DNA from: Candidatus Poribacteria bacterium
GTDB lineage: Bacteria; Poribacteria; WGA-4E; WGA-3G
DNA: 64,000 nucleotides
Assembly: GCA_965214095.1 (NCBI GenBank)
Contig: OZ243938.1
Location: 5,024,001-5,088,000 of the forward strand
Direction of reading: 5' to 3'
A program made the position numbers and the translations under genes. The notes beneath the pieces are model-generated. The model saw only the letters and a list, made by a program, of their open reading frames with translations. It did no database searches and was not told where the DNA came from. This document shows, one piece after another, positions 20,238-31,029 of the stretch. Each line of letters opens with the position of its first letter. Within the stretch, counting starts at the first letter, position 1.

Positions 20238-21265
20238 AACACAACTCCTTTGTTCCCTGAAACAATCTCTCCCAATACAAACGCAGACTCATCCGATCCA
20301 TTGAGTGATTTCAGGACTGCTGAAACTGAATCGGGGGCAATCACTATGACAATGCCGATTCCCATATTGAAAACTCTATACATTTCTTCTTCCTCAACAT
20401 TACCTTCTCGTTGGAGTAGGTTGAATATTGCAGGGACCTCCCAACTTTGCTTATGGATACTGGCTTGACATCCATCAGGTAAAATCCGTACTATGTTACC
20501 GGGCAATCCGCCACCAGTGATATGTGCTATTCCTTTAACTTCACACACCTCACGAAGTTTTAAGACAGATTTGACATAACTCTTATGTGGTCTTAGCAGT
20601 TCTTCTCCGACGGTTGTTGAGATTTCAGGGAGATATGTATCAACATCATATTTGCATCGATCAAACAGGATTTTACGTGCCAGAGAATATCCATTTGTAT
20701 GCAAACCAGATGATTTTAGTGCGATTATTTTGTCTCCCGGTGAAATATTCTCTCCCGTTATTAAAGCGTCTCTTTCCACAACACCTACGATTGTTCCAAC
20801 TAAATCGTATTCTCCCGGTGTATATAAGCCGCTAAGCTCTGCTGTTTCTCCGCTGATTAAAGCACATCCTATATCTTGACATCCGGATGTAAGTCCAATC
20901 ATCAACTGCTCAATTACCTCAGGTTCCATTTTACCGATGCCGATGTAATCTAAAAAGAAAAGCGGTTCAGCACCTTGAACGACAATATCATTGCCGCAAT
21001 GTGCGACAATATCGTACCCGACGGTATCGTGCTTATCAGCCTTAAATGCCACCATCAACTTCGTGCCGACACTGTCTGTGCTCGAGACAAGAATAGGATG
21101 CTGATATGAACCCAATGCAAACAAACCACCGAAAGTTCCGACATCACTCAGGACTTCCGGTCTATAGGTAGATGTCACTAATCCTTTTATCCGCTGCATT
21201 GCTTTTGATTCTGCCTCAAATGAAACACCAGCATCTGCATAATTTAAAGGTTTATTGTTTTCCAT
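20234..21265 (-). CDS. purM: Phosphoribosylformylglycinamidine cyclo-ligase (AIR synthetase)
   Basis: YADAGV, DSVGTK, GAEPLFFLDY, GETAE, SSGLHTNGYSL, HITGGG, FNMGIG. Confidence 0.97.
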   Translation of the reverse strand: MENNKPLNYADAGVSFEAESKAMQRIKGLVTSTYRPEVLSDVGTFGGLFALGSYQHPILVSSTDSVGTKLMVAFKADKHDTVGYDIVAHCGNDIVVQGAEPLFFLDYIGIGKMEPEVIEQLMIGLTSGCQDIGCALISGETAELSGLYTPGEYDLVGTIVGVVERDALITGENISPGDKIIALKSSGLHTNGYSLARKILFDRCKYDVDTYLPEISTTVGEELLRPHKSYVKSVLKLREVCEVKGIAHITGGGLPGNIVRILPDGCQASIHKQSWEVPAIFNLLQREGNVEEEEMYRVFNMGIGIVIVIAPDSVSAVLKSLNGSDESAFVLGEIVSGNKGVVL

Positions 21266-21686
21266 CCAACAGTCCTTTATTTTCGGCCTTTTTAGTATTA
21301 ATTTGTTGAACGTTAGGATGTTGTTCTTGTTGTGATTTTCTGTTTCGTTGAATAAGTCCTTTGAGTAGACTAATCAGCAGAAAGAAACCTGTTATACAAA
21401 TTGCCCAAAGCATTCCATAGTATTTTGCATCGTCTTCCATCATTTCTGGGTTCAACTTTTGTAATATACCTGGTAGAATCCAATTCAGAACCATACCCAG
21501 CACAGAGAATATCAGGACAAGTTTTAACGTTGACATACCTTGTGTTGTGCTCAACTGATTCCGCGTCCTCTTGCTTAGACTTGGTTTATCCTGTAATCTT
21601 CTGTTTCGTAACTTCTGCTCTCTTCTCACAGAATCCTTCCACTGTTCTTGTTTTGATTTTGGTGGATCTGGTGGTACATACATCAT
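21252..21686 (-). CDS. Hypothetical two-TM membrane protein
   Basis: Two hydrophobic helices; lies between purF and purM; start at MMYVPP with RBS AAGGA. Confidence 0.7.
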   Translation of the reverse strand: MMYVPPDPPKSKQEQWKDSVRREQKLRNRRLQDKPSLSKRTRNQLSTTQGMSTLKLVLIFSVLGMVLNWILPGILQKLNPEMMEDDAKYYGMLWAICITGFFLLISLLKGLIQRNRKSQQEQHPNVQQINTKKAENKGLLDGKQ

Positions 21687-21820
21687 AGCGTTTTCCTTAT
21701 CCTCGGTGAGTAGTTTTGTGAGGTGGGTAACATCTTTCTCACCCGATGACTGCAATCAACTGAAGTGCCAACGTACTTACAAAGCCAAAGCGTACTCCTG
21801 ATTTTGTAAAACAGGTATAG

Positions 21821-23227
21821 TTAATCCGCGATTAATGGCAATTGTCGCGGTATACCATCGTTTGCAGTAATACGATATTTCCCATCAAAACAGGCAGTGC
21901 AAAAGTCATTCGGTTTGTTCATAGACTGTAGCATGCCTTCAATACTAACATAACCTAAACTATCCGCACGAATGTATTTTCGTATTTCATCAATAGAATG
22001 TTTACTTGCAATGAGTTCTGCACGCGTCGGTGTATCAACCCCATAGAAACAAGGAAATTTATTCGGTGGAGAGGCAATTCGGAGATGCACTGCAGTTGCA
22101 CCACCTTGCCGCACAATTTTGACGAGTTTACGACTATTTGTCCCTCGCATAATTGAATCGTCTACCATGACAACGCGTTTCCCTTTAAGAACTTCGCGAA
22201 TCGGATTCAATTTGACCTTTACCATGAGTTCTCGTATGTCTTGTGTCGGATTCATAAACGAGCGACCAACAAAGGCGTTTCTTGATAAGCCGAGGTCAAA
22301 AGGAATACCAGACTCTTCTGCATAACCAAGAGCAGCGATCGTTGCAGAATCAGGGACAGGGATTACTACATCTGCTTTTACAGGATGTTCCCGTGCAAGT
22401 TGACGTCCAAACTCACGGCGTGTACTATGTACACCTTGACCAAACATCATGCCATCCGGACGTGCAAGATAAATATATTCAAATATGCATTGAGATAATC
22501 TTGGTCGTTTCGGAGAGAAACGGAAAGATTCCACGCCGAGATGTTTTGAACGTAATGCTACTAATTCGCCTGGTTCGACTTCACGTATCGGTTCAGCTTC
22601 AATGACATCAAGTGCCCCTGTTTCAGAGGCTAAAACATACGCCTCTCCGAGTTTTCCAATCCACAACGGACGGAAACCGTGTGGGTCACGTGCCCCCATC
22701 AGTGTTGTCTTATCCAACACAACAAAGGAATACGCACCCTCAACTGCTCGGAACGCATCAAACATTTTATCTTCTAAATTAGCTTGACGTGATAATGCAA
22801 TCAGATGGAAAACGACTTCCGTATCTAAACTGGTACTAAAGATAGATCCACTATTTTCGAGATGGTTTCGTATGTTTTGTGCGTTGATTAAGTTGCCGTT
22901 GTGTCCAAGGGCAAGGATTCCCTGTTTGTAATTCCTGACTAAAGGCTGTGCATTTTCAAGCGTACTTTCACCGGCAGTTGAATATCTGTTGTGTCCGATG
23001 GCAATATGCCCTTTTAGTTCTCCTAAAATATCAGTGTTAAAAACAGCATCAACCAAACCCATTCCATGATGGGATGTAAATCTTTCACCATCAGAAGCGA
23101 CAATCCCACTGCTCTCTTGGCCGCGATGTTGAAGAGCACGCAATCCGAGATAGGTTAATTCAACTGCTCTCGGGTGTCCAAAGACACCGAAAACACCGCA
23201 TTCATCCTTCGGTTTATCATACTGCAT
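21821..23227 (-). CDS. purF: Amidophosphoribosyltransferase (propeptide, 4Fe-4S type)
   Basis: ECGVFG, LQHRGQE, HNRYST, CIFEYIY, VDDSIMRG, FCTAC. Confidence 0.97.
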   Translation of the reverse strand: MQYDKPKDECGVFGVFGHPRAVELTYLGLRALQHRGQESSGIVASDGERFTSHHGMGLVDAVFNTDILGELKGHIAIGHNRYSTAGESTLENAQPLVRNYKQGILALGHNGNLINAQNIRNHLENSGSIFSTSLDTEVVFHLIALSRQANLEDKMFDAFRAVEGAYSFVVLDKTTLMGARDPHGFRPLWIGKLGEAYVLASETGALDVIEAEPIREVEPGELVALRSKHLGVESFRFSPKRPRLSQCIFEYIYLARPDGMMFGQGVHSTRREFGRQLAREHPVKADVVIPVPDSATIAALGYAEESGIPFDLGLSRNAFVGRSFMNPTQDIRELMVKVKLNPIREVLKGKRVVMVDDSIMRGTNSRKLVKIVRQGGATAVHLRIASPPNKFPCFYGVDTPTRAELIASKHSIDEIRKYIRADSLGYVSIEGMLQSMNKPNDFCTACFDGKYRITANDGIPRQLPLIAD

Positions 23228-23346
23228 AGGTCAGCGATACCTCCGGTATGTGCGTGAACCCAAGTAATTCACAGGGCAATACCTCAGTTAATGAAAACCT
23301 TCGTAATACTAATAAGTAGAACGAGACTTTGTGAAACATTAGATTC

Positions 23347-23892
23347 TTATGTCTCTTGTGCGTTGACTTCTATTTTATCAATGTCAGCTAATCTATATCC
23401 CAAAATAGCACCTATCGGGATAGCCAAAACATATAACATCAACACTGGGAGTCCGAGCATTAACCATACTCTAATAGGTAGCGACAAAAGGAAAGCAATA
23501 GTTTGAAAAATTGGAAGAATTATGGTAAGAATTATATTTTGTGTGCCAAAAATTTCCCAAGGCACATTTCGGAGTGCAAGTAACCCAACGATTGCGGGTG
23601 CACCCAAGAATGCTCCAGAACAGACAGGTTTGAAAGGAATACTATATCCGAAATACCGTCCAACATGACGGGTCCCTTCAGTCACACAAACTATGATTAG
23701 ACCGTAGGATAGCGATATTGAGATTAGCAAGAGCAGTCCTACCCAAAACCCGTGTGTAATCCTGTCATTGATGAGTATTTGCCAGATCAATTTGTTAAAA
23801 ATAAGAAAATATACAATACAACCGATTAGCGTTATAAAAACACCAACAGCGATTTGTATTAGCGTTAACAGGATACTATCTTTTTGGGACAT
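23347..23892 (-). CDS. Hypothetical multi-TM membrane protein
   Basis: 4-5 hydrophobic helices. Confidence 0.75.
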   Translation of the reverse strand: MSQKDSILLTLIQIAVGVFITLIGCIVYFLIFNKLIWQILINDRITHGFWVGLLLLISISLSYGLIIVCVTEGTRHVGRYFGYSIPFKPVCSGAFLGAPAIVGLLALRNVPWEIFGTQNIILTIILPIFQTIAFLLSLPIRVWLMLGLPVLMLYVLAIPIGAILGYRLADIDKIEVNAQET

Positions 23893-23975
23893 CTCATTTC
23901 CTGATTCCTAAAGTTAATATGAATTAAGTATAGCATGATGTCATAAATATGTCAAGATTTTTAAAGAGATTCCAT

Positions 23976-24189
23976 GGTTATTTAGTTTTCGGTTTTTCTT
24001 GTCCTTTTTTCACAAATGCTAAATGCCCAAGCCGGTAGGTGCGGTTTCCTAACCGCACCGAATTTGTGAGAAGACCTATTATGAAAGGCGTTTGATAACA
24101 ATCCGGTGCGGTTTGGAAACCGCACTACCGTCAGGGAAATTTGCGCGTATGTGAAAGAAAATACAAGAAAAACCGAAAACTAAATAACC
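23976..24189. mobile_element. MITE-like element (TIR GGTTATTTAGTTTTCGGTTTTTCTTGT) enclosing an inverted GTAG REP doublet
   Basis: 27-bp perfect TIR; internal ggtaggtgcggtttcctaaccgcaccg ... cggtgcggtttggaaaccgcactacc. Confidence 0.85.
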
Positions 24190-24310
24190 CGGAAAATTAT
24201 ATTGCATAGATGAGATTCTTAATGATAGTATAATAAAGTATGTCAACATTCATAGATGGAATAGCGTTGTACACTAATATAAATAAATATTTCTAAACTG
24301 GAGAATATAA

Positions 24311-25114
24311 ATGTTAAAAAGATTAAAAGAAATCACAGCACTATTTCTGTGTGTAATCCTCGTAGTAACGCTATTCGGGTGTTATATTGATGTGGACGAT
24401 GATGACGAAACAGATCGTGAACCTCCCGCGATTCCTCGCGGTGTCAGAACAATCACAGGTGATGGGTACGTTATAGTTGAGTGGTATCCAAATGGTGAAT
24501 TTGATTTGGATGGTTACACTGTTTGGCGTAGTGAAAATAACAACGACTTTGACTCAATTGCTGAACTTTCGGTTGACTCAACCGTCTACACCGACAGAAA
24601 CGTGCGAAACGGTAGAACGTATTACTATGCCGTTTCTGCTATTGATAACGATGGCAACGAAAGTGAACTCAGTCCAGAAAATGCGTGGGATACACCTCGT
24701 CCTGAAGGCAGAAATATCATATTAGATGATTACGTTCTCGAACCTGAGCGGAGCGGCTTTGACTTTTCAAATCCACGTAGAGGTGCTATCCCTTGGGACG
24801 ATAGATCAGCGGATGTCTATTTTGGGTTAGATGAGGAAGTTTTTGTCAGATATCTTTATTCAGATAACGAAACAGTGATGCAGGATTTGGGGTATCACGA
24901 AAACTTTGATGGCGTTGATGTCGTGCCAGAATACGGATACACAACACTGTTTGTGGAACTCGTTGAGGGGCACATCTATGCACTATATACGCCGGATGGG
25001 AACTTCGCTAAAATCCATATTCGCAGACTTACAGATGACGATGTGGAATTTGATTGGGCATATCAAACTGATCCTGAAAATATACAATTAGCTCCAGCAC
25101 AACCCAATAAGTGA
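24311..25114 (+). CDS. Lipoprotein with fibronectin type III domain
   Basis: Lipobox LFGC; PPAIPRGV...VEW...DLDGYTVWRS...YTDRNVRNGRTYYYAVSAID..GNESELS. Confidence 0.85.
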   Translation: MLKRLKEITALFLCVILVVTLFGCYIDVDDDDETDREPPAIPRGVRTITGDGYVIVEWYPNGEFDLDGYTVWRSENNNDFDSIAELSVDSTVYTDRNVRNGRTYYYAVSAIDNDGNESELSPENAWDTPRPEGRNIILDDYVLEPERSGFDFSNPRRGAIPWDDRSADVYFGLDEEVFVRYLYSDNETVMQDLGYHENFDGVDVVPEYGYTTLFVELVEGHIYALYTPDGNFAKIHIRRLTDDDVEFDWAYQTDPENIQLAPAQPNK

Positions 25115-25133
25115 AAATTACATTAACTGAAAC

Positions 25134-25286
25134 GAGGCTTTATACTGCCATCATCATCTAATAGTCTGGTTTGTCATCTCGCAATTCATTGCGTCTCTTA
25201 CATTCAACGGAGAAAGAGGCATCATGAGTTGCACTCCTACAAACCAACTTTTTTTACAGTAAGGCATTTAATGTCTGTATAGCCTC
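25134..25286. repeat. Degenerate TIR-bounded REP doublet
   Basis: gaggctttatac ... gtatagcctc flanking tcgcaattcattgcgtctc ... gaggcatcatgagttgcactcctac. Confidence 0.55.
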
Positions 25287-25513
25287 AAGCGAAAAACTTT
25301 TCCACACTTCGAAATTAGTCTTGTTGATTTATCACACGCAATTATGTATAATATACAGATAGATTAACGGTGAGAGCATTTATTAGAGTAAAAGTGGAGA
25401 GTTTGCCTTATCATCAGTACGATAAGATTGGATTGTTCTGGGAATCTTGATACTTTTCGTATTGAGCAGTTGTCTATACCGTCATTATTCTATTAGATGA
25501 GAAAGGAGAGATA

Positions 25514-26122
25514 GTGAATAAATATATTATACTTCTGTTTTTTGTCTTCTGTACTGTTGTACTTCCGCAATTGGAAGCGTTGTCAGCAGAGCAAAATCCG
25601 ACAGATACGAAGCCAATTTCAAGGTTTCAGGGATCGCGCCCCTCGCAAGATGTTGATATAGAACCTGTTTATCCACTCTACCGTCAACATTCCACACAAT
25701 ATTATTCCATGCGTAGTTCTCGAAAAGCATCACTATTATCGGCATCTATGCCTGGTTTGGGACAGGCGTATGCAGACAGTTATTTAAAAGCAACACTGTT
25801 TCTGACTGCTGAAATAGGTGTCTTTGCATTGGCGAGTTATAATATTGCACGTGCCTTACATTATCGAAGTCATGACACATTCAGGACAGGCTTTTTAGAT
25901 GAGCGGACAAACACTTTCTTAGACAAAGACCAAGTCCGTTCAAGAATGACTGACCACAGTATACGTGGCACACTTTTCCTAATCACAGGCATCGGATTGC
26001 ACGTATGGAATATCGTTGATGCTTCAAAAACTGCAATAGAATATAATAATCGAAGAATTTCCGTTCAAATGCAACAAACTAATCATAACATGCACGCCCT
26101 CATTTTTACGCATCGGTTCTAA
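25514..26122 (+). CDS. Secreted/membrane hypothetical protein (DUF5683-like)
   Basis: KASLLSASMPGLGQAY...WNIVDA motif. Confidence 0.7.
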   Translation: MNKYIILLFFVFCTVVLPQLEALSAEQNPTDTKPISRFQGSRPSQDVDIEPVYPLYRQHSTQYYSMRSSRKASLLSASMPGLGQAYADSYLKATLFLTAEIGVFALASYNIARALHYRSHDTFRTGFLDERTNTFLDKDQVRSRMTDHSIRGTLFLITGIGLHVWNIVDASKTAIEYNNRRISVQMQQTNHNMHALIFTHRF

Positions 26123-26202
26123 GCGTGCAGTTATTCAGATGATTTTTCTTCGGTTTTTCTGTGCAGTTAGTTTCTATATTAGAAGTCTATGGAGTTGATA
26201 GT

Positions 26203-27036
26203 GTGAATTATGTCAAGTGCTTGTCACTCATTATTTTGTTATTAGGAGTAAGTTTCCCACTATCTCAAGTTGCATCGGATGAATTGGAATCCTCCGAAAG
26301 CACTGCTAACGACCCTGCACAATTAGAAATTCCGCTTGCAAATGTTGAGAATGTAGCTGCACAACCGTTAATAGTTGGAGAGAAAATAACATATAACATC
26401 AAAGTTTCTTGGATTCCGGTAACCGCTGGCAAACGCGTGGACCATATAGAGAAGAGAATACCGTTAGACAGGAAAAGTGCATACCATATTACCTCAGAAG
26501 CAAAAACAAGTTCTGTAGCTGCAAGAATATATCGGTTTCAAAACCGTCAATCCACTTTTCTGGACACAAAAAGTTTCTACCCGATTAGTTTCAGGAATCA
26601 ACTTCAGGATAAAAAATATACTGCTAAAGTTGAGATCAATTTTAAGGATGGGAAAGCAGATTATGAAAAAATCTCACAGAAGAAACCGACTGAACCGGAA
26701 AAAAGTGATAAAAAAGAATTAGAAGTTCCAGTGGGAACACAAGATGAACTTTCTATGATCTATTTCCTGCGTAGTAAAAAATTGGAACCAGGTAAAACTT
26801 ATTTCTTTCCATTGATTATCAAATCAAAGGTTGTGAAAGCTACCATCAGTGTAGAACGCGGAGAAGTGATAAAGGTAAAAGGTTTAGGGCGCGTTAAAAC
26901 ACTTGTGGTGACCACTTCACACGGGTATCGTCTTTGGTTAACAGATAACCGTCGACATATCCCTGTCAGAATTGAAGCTAATGTAAAAATGGGTAAGATG
27001 AAAGCCAACTTAGAGAAGATTGAATTTGTAAAATAA
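26203..27036 (+). CDS. DUF3108 domain protein
   Basis: GEKITYNI, QDELSMIYFLR, LWLTDNRRHIPVRIE; GTG start with GGAG RBS. Confidence 0.8.
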   Translation: MNYVKCLSLIILLLGVSFPLSQVASDELESSESTANDPAQLEIPLANVENVAAQPLIVGEKITYNIKVSWIPVTAGKRVDHIEKRIPLDRKSAYHITSEAKTSSVAARIYRFQNRQSTFLDTKSFYPISFRNQLQDKKYTAKVEINFKDGKADYEKISQKKPTEPEKSDKKELEVPVGTQDELSMIYFLRSKKLEPGKTYFFPLIIKSKVVKATISVERGEVIKVKGLGRVKTLVVTTSHGYRLWLTDNRRHIPVRIEANVKMGKMKANLEKIEFVK

Positions 27037-27065
27037 AACATTCTTCGGTAGGTGTCTTTCTTCTT

Positions 27066-27290
27066 TATAGTAGATTTTTGAATTATGGTGAAGCATAGAA
27101 TTATATCTACACTTTCTATCAACGGTAGGCGAGGTTTCCTAACCTCGCTAAAGCAATGTGTAGAATTATTTCAATAATTTACCATAATATAGTGAATTAT
27201 AAATATAAGTTCACACTTTCGCCCCACGGTAGGCGAGGTTTCCTAACCTCGCCGAGGCAGAGTGTTCAAGTAATTTCAAAATCTACTATA
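27066..27290. mobile_element. MITE-like element (TIR TATAGTAGATTTT) with a nested second element (ATTATGGT TIR, 27082-27188); each contains a CGGTAGGCGAGGTTTCCTAACCTCGC REP
   Basis: tatagtagatttttgaatt / aatttcaaaatctactata; REP copies at ~27123 and ~27227. Confidence 0.75.
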
Positions 27291-27369
27291 TATATTTTGG
27301 ATAAGTAGAGGGAACTCCGATTCCTGATTATCACTGATTTAAGTCCTACCGAACGATAAGGAACAGTTT

Positions 27370-30300
27370 GTGTTAGAGTCTTTACGAAGAACGAAGAGTT
27401 ATAAAAATGTTGTTGAATGCCTGAAGCACGGTGCAAACCCTCCGTCGCTAATAGGGATGCGTAACGCATCAACTTCCTATTTCCTCGCAACTATAATTGA
27501 CGATGTGCCGGATAAATCTTTTCTCGTCGTGTTTCCCTCACATCGTGAGGCGGAACAAGCGTTAGAAGAAGTGCGCGCATTTCGTAACCACAACATTGAA
27601 CAAGATACAGAGCAGGGAAATCGCCAAGACAATCTATACCTATTCCCTTCTTGGCAAAATACACTTTTTGAAGGCATTTCTCCAACAAATAATATATCTG
27701 TTGATCGGATGCGATGCCTGCATGACCTGATTACGAAAAATGGCAAACCTATCTCTGAAAACACATCAGAGACAACACAAAATGGTGTGGTCTTTACTAC
27801 TGTTCGAGCGTTATCTTACAAATTGCCACCGCGCGACACGTTAACTTCTGCTTGTCGCAGACTTGAAATCGGTGATGAAGTAGAGTACCATGATCTGATA
27901 ACTTTCCTGAATCGTAGTGGGTACCGACAAGTTGAGTTGGTGGAAGTGAAAGGGGAATTTGCACATAGAGGGGATATAATAGATGTTTTTCCTCTCACAT
28001 CCGACACACCTGTTCGCCTTGATTTCTTTGGTGATGAACTTGATGAAATTCGCCTGTTTGATGCAACATCACAAGTTACAATTGAACATGATGACTCTGT
28101 TGTGGTTACACCTATGTCTGAAGTATGTCTGGCTGACATCTCAATTTCACATTGGAAATCACAAACAGAAAGACTGATGAAGACATCACCAAATACACCG
28201 GATTATATCAACTCAATACGGGAGATGACACGGGGATTAGAAGACTTTATTACAAGGAGACAAACGAATAATCCAAATATCGTTGATGAGATTCCGCAGG
28301 ATATTGACGGTGTTGAAGCATTTTTACCAATGTTGTTTCCTGAAACTGGCATGCTGTCTGATTATTTACCAGACGAAACAGTGGTCTTGATGGTGGAACC
28401 GCGTTGGCAAATGCATGAAGCAGAACAGATACGTGAACAATTGCAGGAGATATACGAAAGAAGGATGGCAGAAGGAAAACTAATGCCGACTCTTGATAAT
28501 ATACTCGTGCCAACTGAAACGATTGAAACTGAATTAGGTCAATATCCAAACATACCGGTCTCTTTAGCAACTGCTGCATCCGATGAAAATACTGAAAATG
28601 GACCTGCTAATGTCAATCAAGAGGAGGATGATTTAGAACCGTATTTTGACTTTAAGCCACTCGGACTCGGTAGAGGCAACTATCAGATGGTAATTGATTA
28701 CATCAATAGATGGATAAATAAAGACTACCTTGTCAATGTTTTTTGTGAGACACGGCAACAAGCCAAACGCGTATTAGAGATGTTGATTGAACGAGAACTG
28801 CCGTCTGAGAAATTATCCGTATCTGTTGGTTTTATCTCTGAAGGCTTCATCAGCGATTCACTCAAACTTGTTTTCATCTCTGAAAATGAGATATTTGGCA
28901 ATCCGCAGAAACGGGTTGCTTCTCGAAAACGACACAAGAGTGGTGCACCAATATTAAGTCTAATTGACATGCAAGTTGGCGACCATGTTGTCCATATTTC
29001 TCACGGGATAGCGGTTTACGAAGGTATACGCCGCATGGATATTGATGGACAATCACAAGATTTCTTGATCCTTAAATATAGGGAAGAAGATAGGCTGTAT
29101 GTACCAACCTACCAAGTAGACATTGTGCAGAAGTATATTGGGAACAAAGATGAGTCCTACGAACCACGAATAGACCATCTCGGTGGAAAATCTTGGCAAA
29201 ACAAAAAACAACGTGCAAAAGCTGCTGTGGAGGAGATGGCAGAGGAATTACTTAAACTTTATGCGGCACGACAAGCAAATGAAGGATATAGTTTTCCGAC
29301 AGAAGTGCCGTGGGAAAGCGAATTTGAGGCTCTCTTTCCATTCCAAGAAACAGACGATCAACTCCAAGCTATTGAAGACGTTAAGGCAGATATGGAGATT
29401 GATAAACCCATGGATCGACTTGTCTGTGGTGATGTTGGATATGGTAAAACAGAGGTGGCATTACGTGCTGCGTTCAAAGCTGTTATGGCAGAAAAACAGG
29501 TCGCGCTCCTTGTTCCGACAACCATTTTGGCACTTCAGCATTACGACACTTTTGAAAAAAGATTCAAACCGTTTCCGATACAAGTTGAGATGCTGAATCG
29601 TTTTCGTAGCAGGAAGGAGATACAATCGGTCAAGAAGAAACTTACAGAAGGCACAGTTGACATTGTAATCGGCACGCACTCCTTGCTTTCTGATAGTGTT
29701 ACTTTTGACAATCTCGGTTTACTAATCGTTGATGAAGAACATCGCTTTGGTGTGAAACATAAAGAGAAAATCAAACAATTTAAAGAGACAGTAGATGTGT
29801 TAACACTAACAGCGACCCCAATTCCACGTACCTTACACATGTCACTTGTCGGTATTAGAGACTTTAGTATTATAAACACACCACCCGCTAATCGGTTACC
29901 GATTCAGACACAGGTGATGCCGTATAACACAAAAGTGATCCGTGATGCTATAATGAACGAGTTGTCGCGAGATGGACAGGTTTTCTTTGTCCACAACCGA
30001 GTTCAAGATATCGCTGTTATTGCTAAAAATATACAAGAACTCGCACCACATGCACGGGTTGCTATTGCACACGGACAGATGCCGGAACGTGAACTGGAAA
30101 ACGTGATGTTGGAATTTGTGCGACACAAACACGATATCTTGGTCTGTACGATGATTATTGAATCTGGCTTGGACATCCCAAATGTGAATACCATCATGAT
30201 CAATCGGGCTGATGCTTTCGGTTTAGCACAGTTGTATCAACTCCGGGGTCGCGTTGGACGTGCTGATGAGCAAGCCTATGGATACCTATTTTATCCACCA

Positions 30301-30972
30301 GACAAATCCATGACTGAACGCGCACAGAAACGTCTACAAGTTATTGAGGAATTTACTGACCTCGGTTCAGGATTTAAAATTGCTCTGAGAGACTTGGAGA
30401 TCCGTGGCGCGGGAAATATACTTGGTTCACAACAACATGGACATATTACGAATGTTGGATATGAACTCTATTGTAAACTCCTTGATGATGCAGTACGTAG
30501 GTTAAAAGGTGAAAAGGTAGAGGAAGAAATTGAGACTAACATCAATTTACCGATTGAAGCATTTCTACCTGATGACTACATTCCAGACAGCCGACAGAAA
30601 ATTTCTATCTATAAAAAAATATCTGCTCTGAAAAATGAAACACAGAAGGATGACCTGACCAAAGAACTCAAAGACCGATATGGGGACCTGCCGGAACCCG
30701 TTGAGATGTTATTGGAAATTACAACCATTAAACAACTATCACAAAAGTTAGGAATATCAGCAATTGTTGCTGGTGGAAATCGCATTAAAGTGACATTTGA
30801 TGAAAGAAATCCGAAGATTGATGTGACTCAGTTGGTAGAAGCAATTCATGAAAACCCACAACTTGAATTACGTCCACCTGCCCAACTTTTGATTAGTATT
30901 GAAGAGATAACTGGCAAAGAATTATTAACCGAATTGCAACAAATATTGACTATGTTTGTTGTTTCTGACTAA
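27370..30972 (+). CDS. mfd: Transcription-repair coupling factor
   Basis: GEFAHRGDIID, VHISHGIA, CGDVGYGKTEVA, DEEHRFG, TATPIPRT, QLRGRVGR, DLEIRGAGNILG. Confidence 0.98.
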   Translation: MLESLRRTKSYKNVVECLKHGANPPSLIGMRNASTSYFLATIIDDVPDKSFLVVFPSHREAEQALEEVRAFRNHNIEQDTEQGNRQDNLYLFPSWQNTLFEGISPTNNISVDRMRCLHDLITKNGKPISENTSETTQNGVVFTTVRALSYKLPPRDTLTSACRRLEIGDEVEYHDLITFLNRSGYRQVELVEVKGEFAHRGDIIDVFPLTSDTPVRLDFFGDELDEIRLFDATSQVTIEHDDSVVVTPMSEVCLADISISHWKSQTERLMKTSPNTPDYINSIREMTRGLEDFITRRQTNNPNIVDEIPQDIDGVEAFLPMLFPETGMLSDYLPDETVVLMVEPRWQMHEAEQIREQLQEIYERRMAEGKLMPTLDNILVPTETIETELGQYPNIPVSLATAASDENTENGPANVNQEEDDLEPYFDFKPLGLGRGNYQMVIDYINRWINKDYLVNVFCETRQQAKRVLEMLIERELPSEKLSVSVGFISEGFISDSLKLVFISENEIFGNPQKRVASRKRHKSGAPILSLIDMQVGDHVVHISHGIAVYEGIRRMDIDGQSQDFLILKYREEDRLYVPTYQVDIVQKYIGNKDESYEPRIDHLGGKSWQNKKQRAKAAVEEMAEELLKLYAARQANEGYSFPTEVPWESEFEALFPFQETDDQLQAIEDVKADMEIDKPMDRLVCGDVGYGKTEVALRAAFKAVMAEKQVALLVPTTILALQHYDTFEKRFKPFPIQVEMLNRFRSRKEIQSVKKKLTEGTVDIVIGTHSLLSDSVTFDNLGLLIVDEEHRFGVKHKEKIKQFKETVDVLTLTATPIPRTLHMSLVGIRDFSIINTPPANRLPIQTQVMPYNTKVIRDAIMNELSRDGQVFFVHNRVQDIAVIAKNIQELAPHARVAIAHGQMPERELENVMLEFVRHKHDILVCTMIIESGLDIPNVNTIMINRADAFGLAQLYQLRGRVGRADEQAYGYLFYPPDKSMTERAQKRLQVIEEFTDLGSGFKIALRDLEIRGAGNILGSQQHGHITNVGYELYCKLLDDAVRRLKGEKVEEEIETNINLPIEAFLPDDYIPDSRQKISIYKKISALKNETQKDDLTKELKDRYGDLPEPVEMLLEITTIKQLSQKLGISAIVAGGNRIKVTFDERNPKIDVTQLVEAIHENPQLELRPPAQLLISIEEITGKELLTELQQILTMFVVSD

Positions 30973-31029
30973 AATATAGGTATATACAAGGCAATATAGC
31001 CTGATTATTACTGAAAGGAGATTTTTAAA

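Noticed and set aside
23228-23346. Purine/ZTP riboswitch upstream of purF
   Set aside because: Only a small hairpin; conserved ZTP or purine aptamer motifs not seen.
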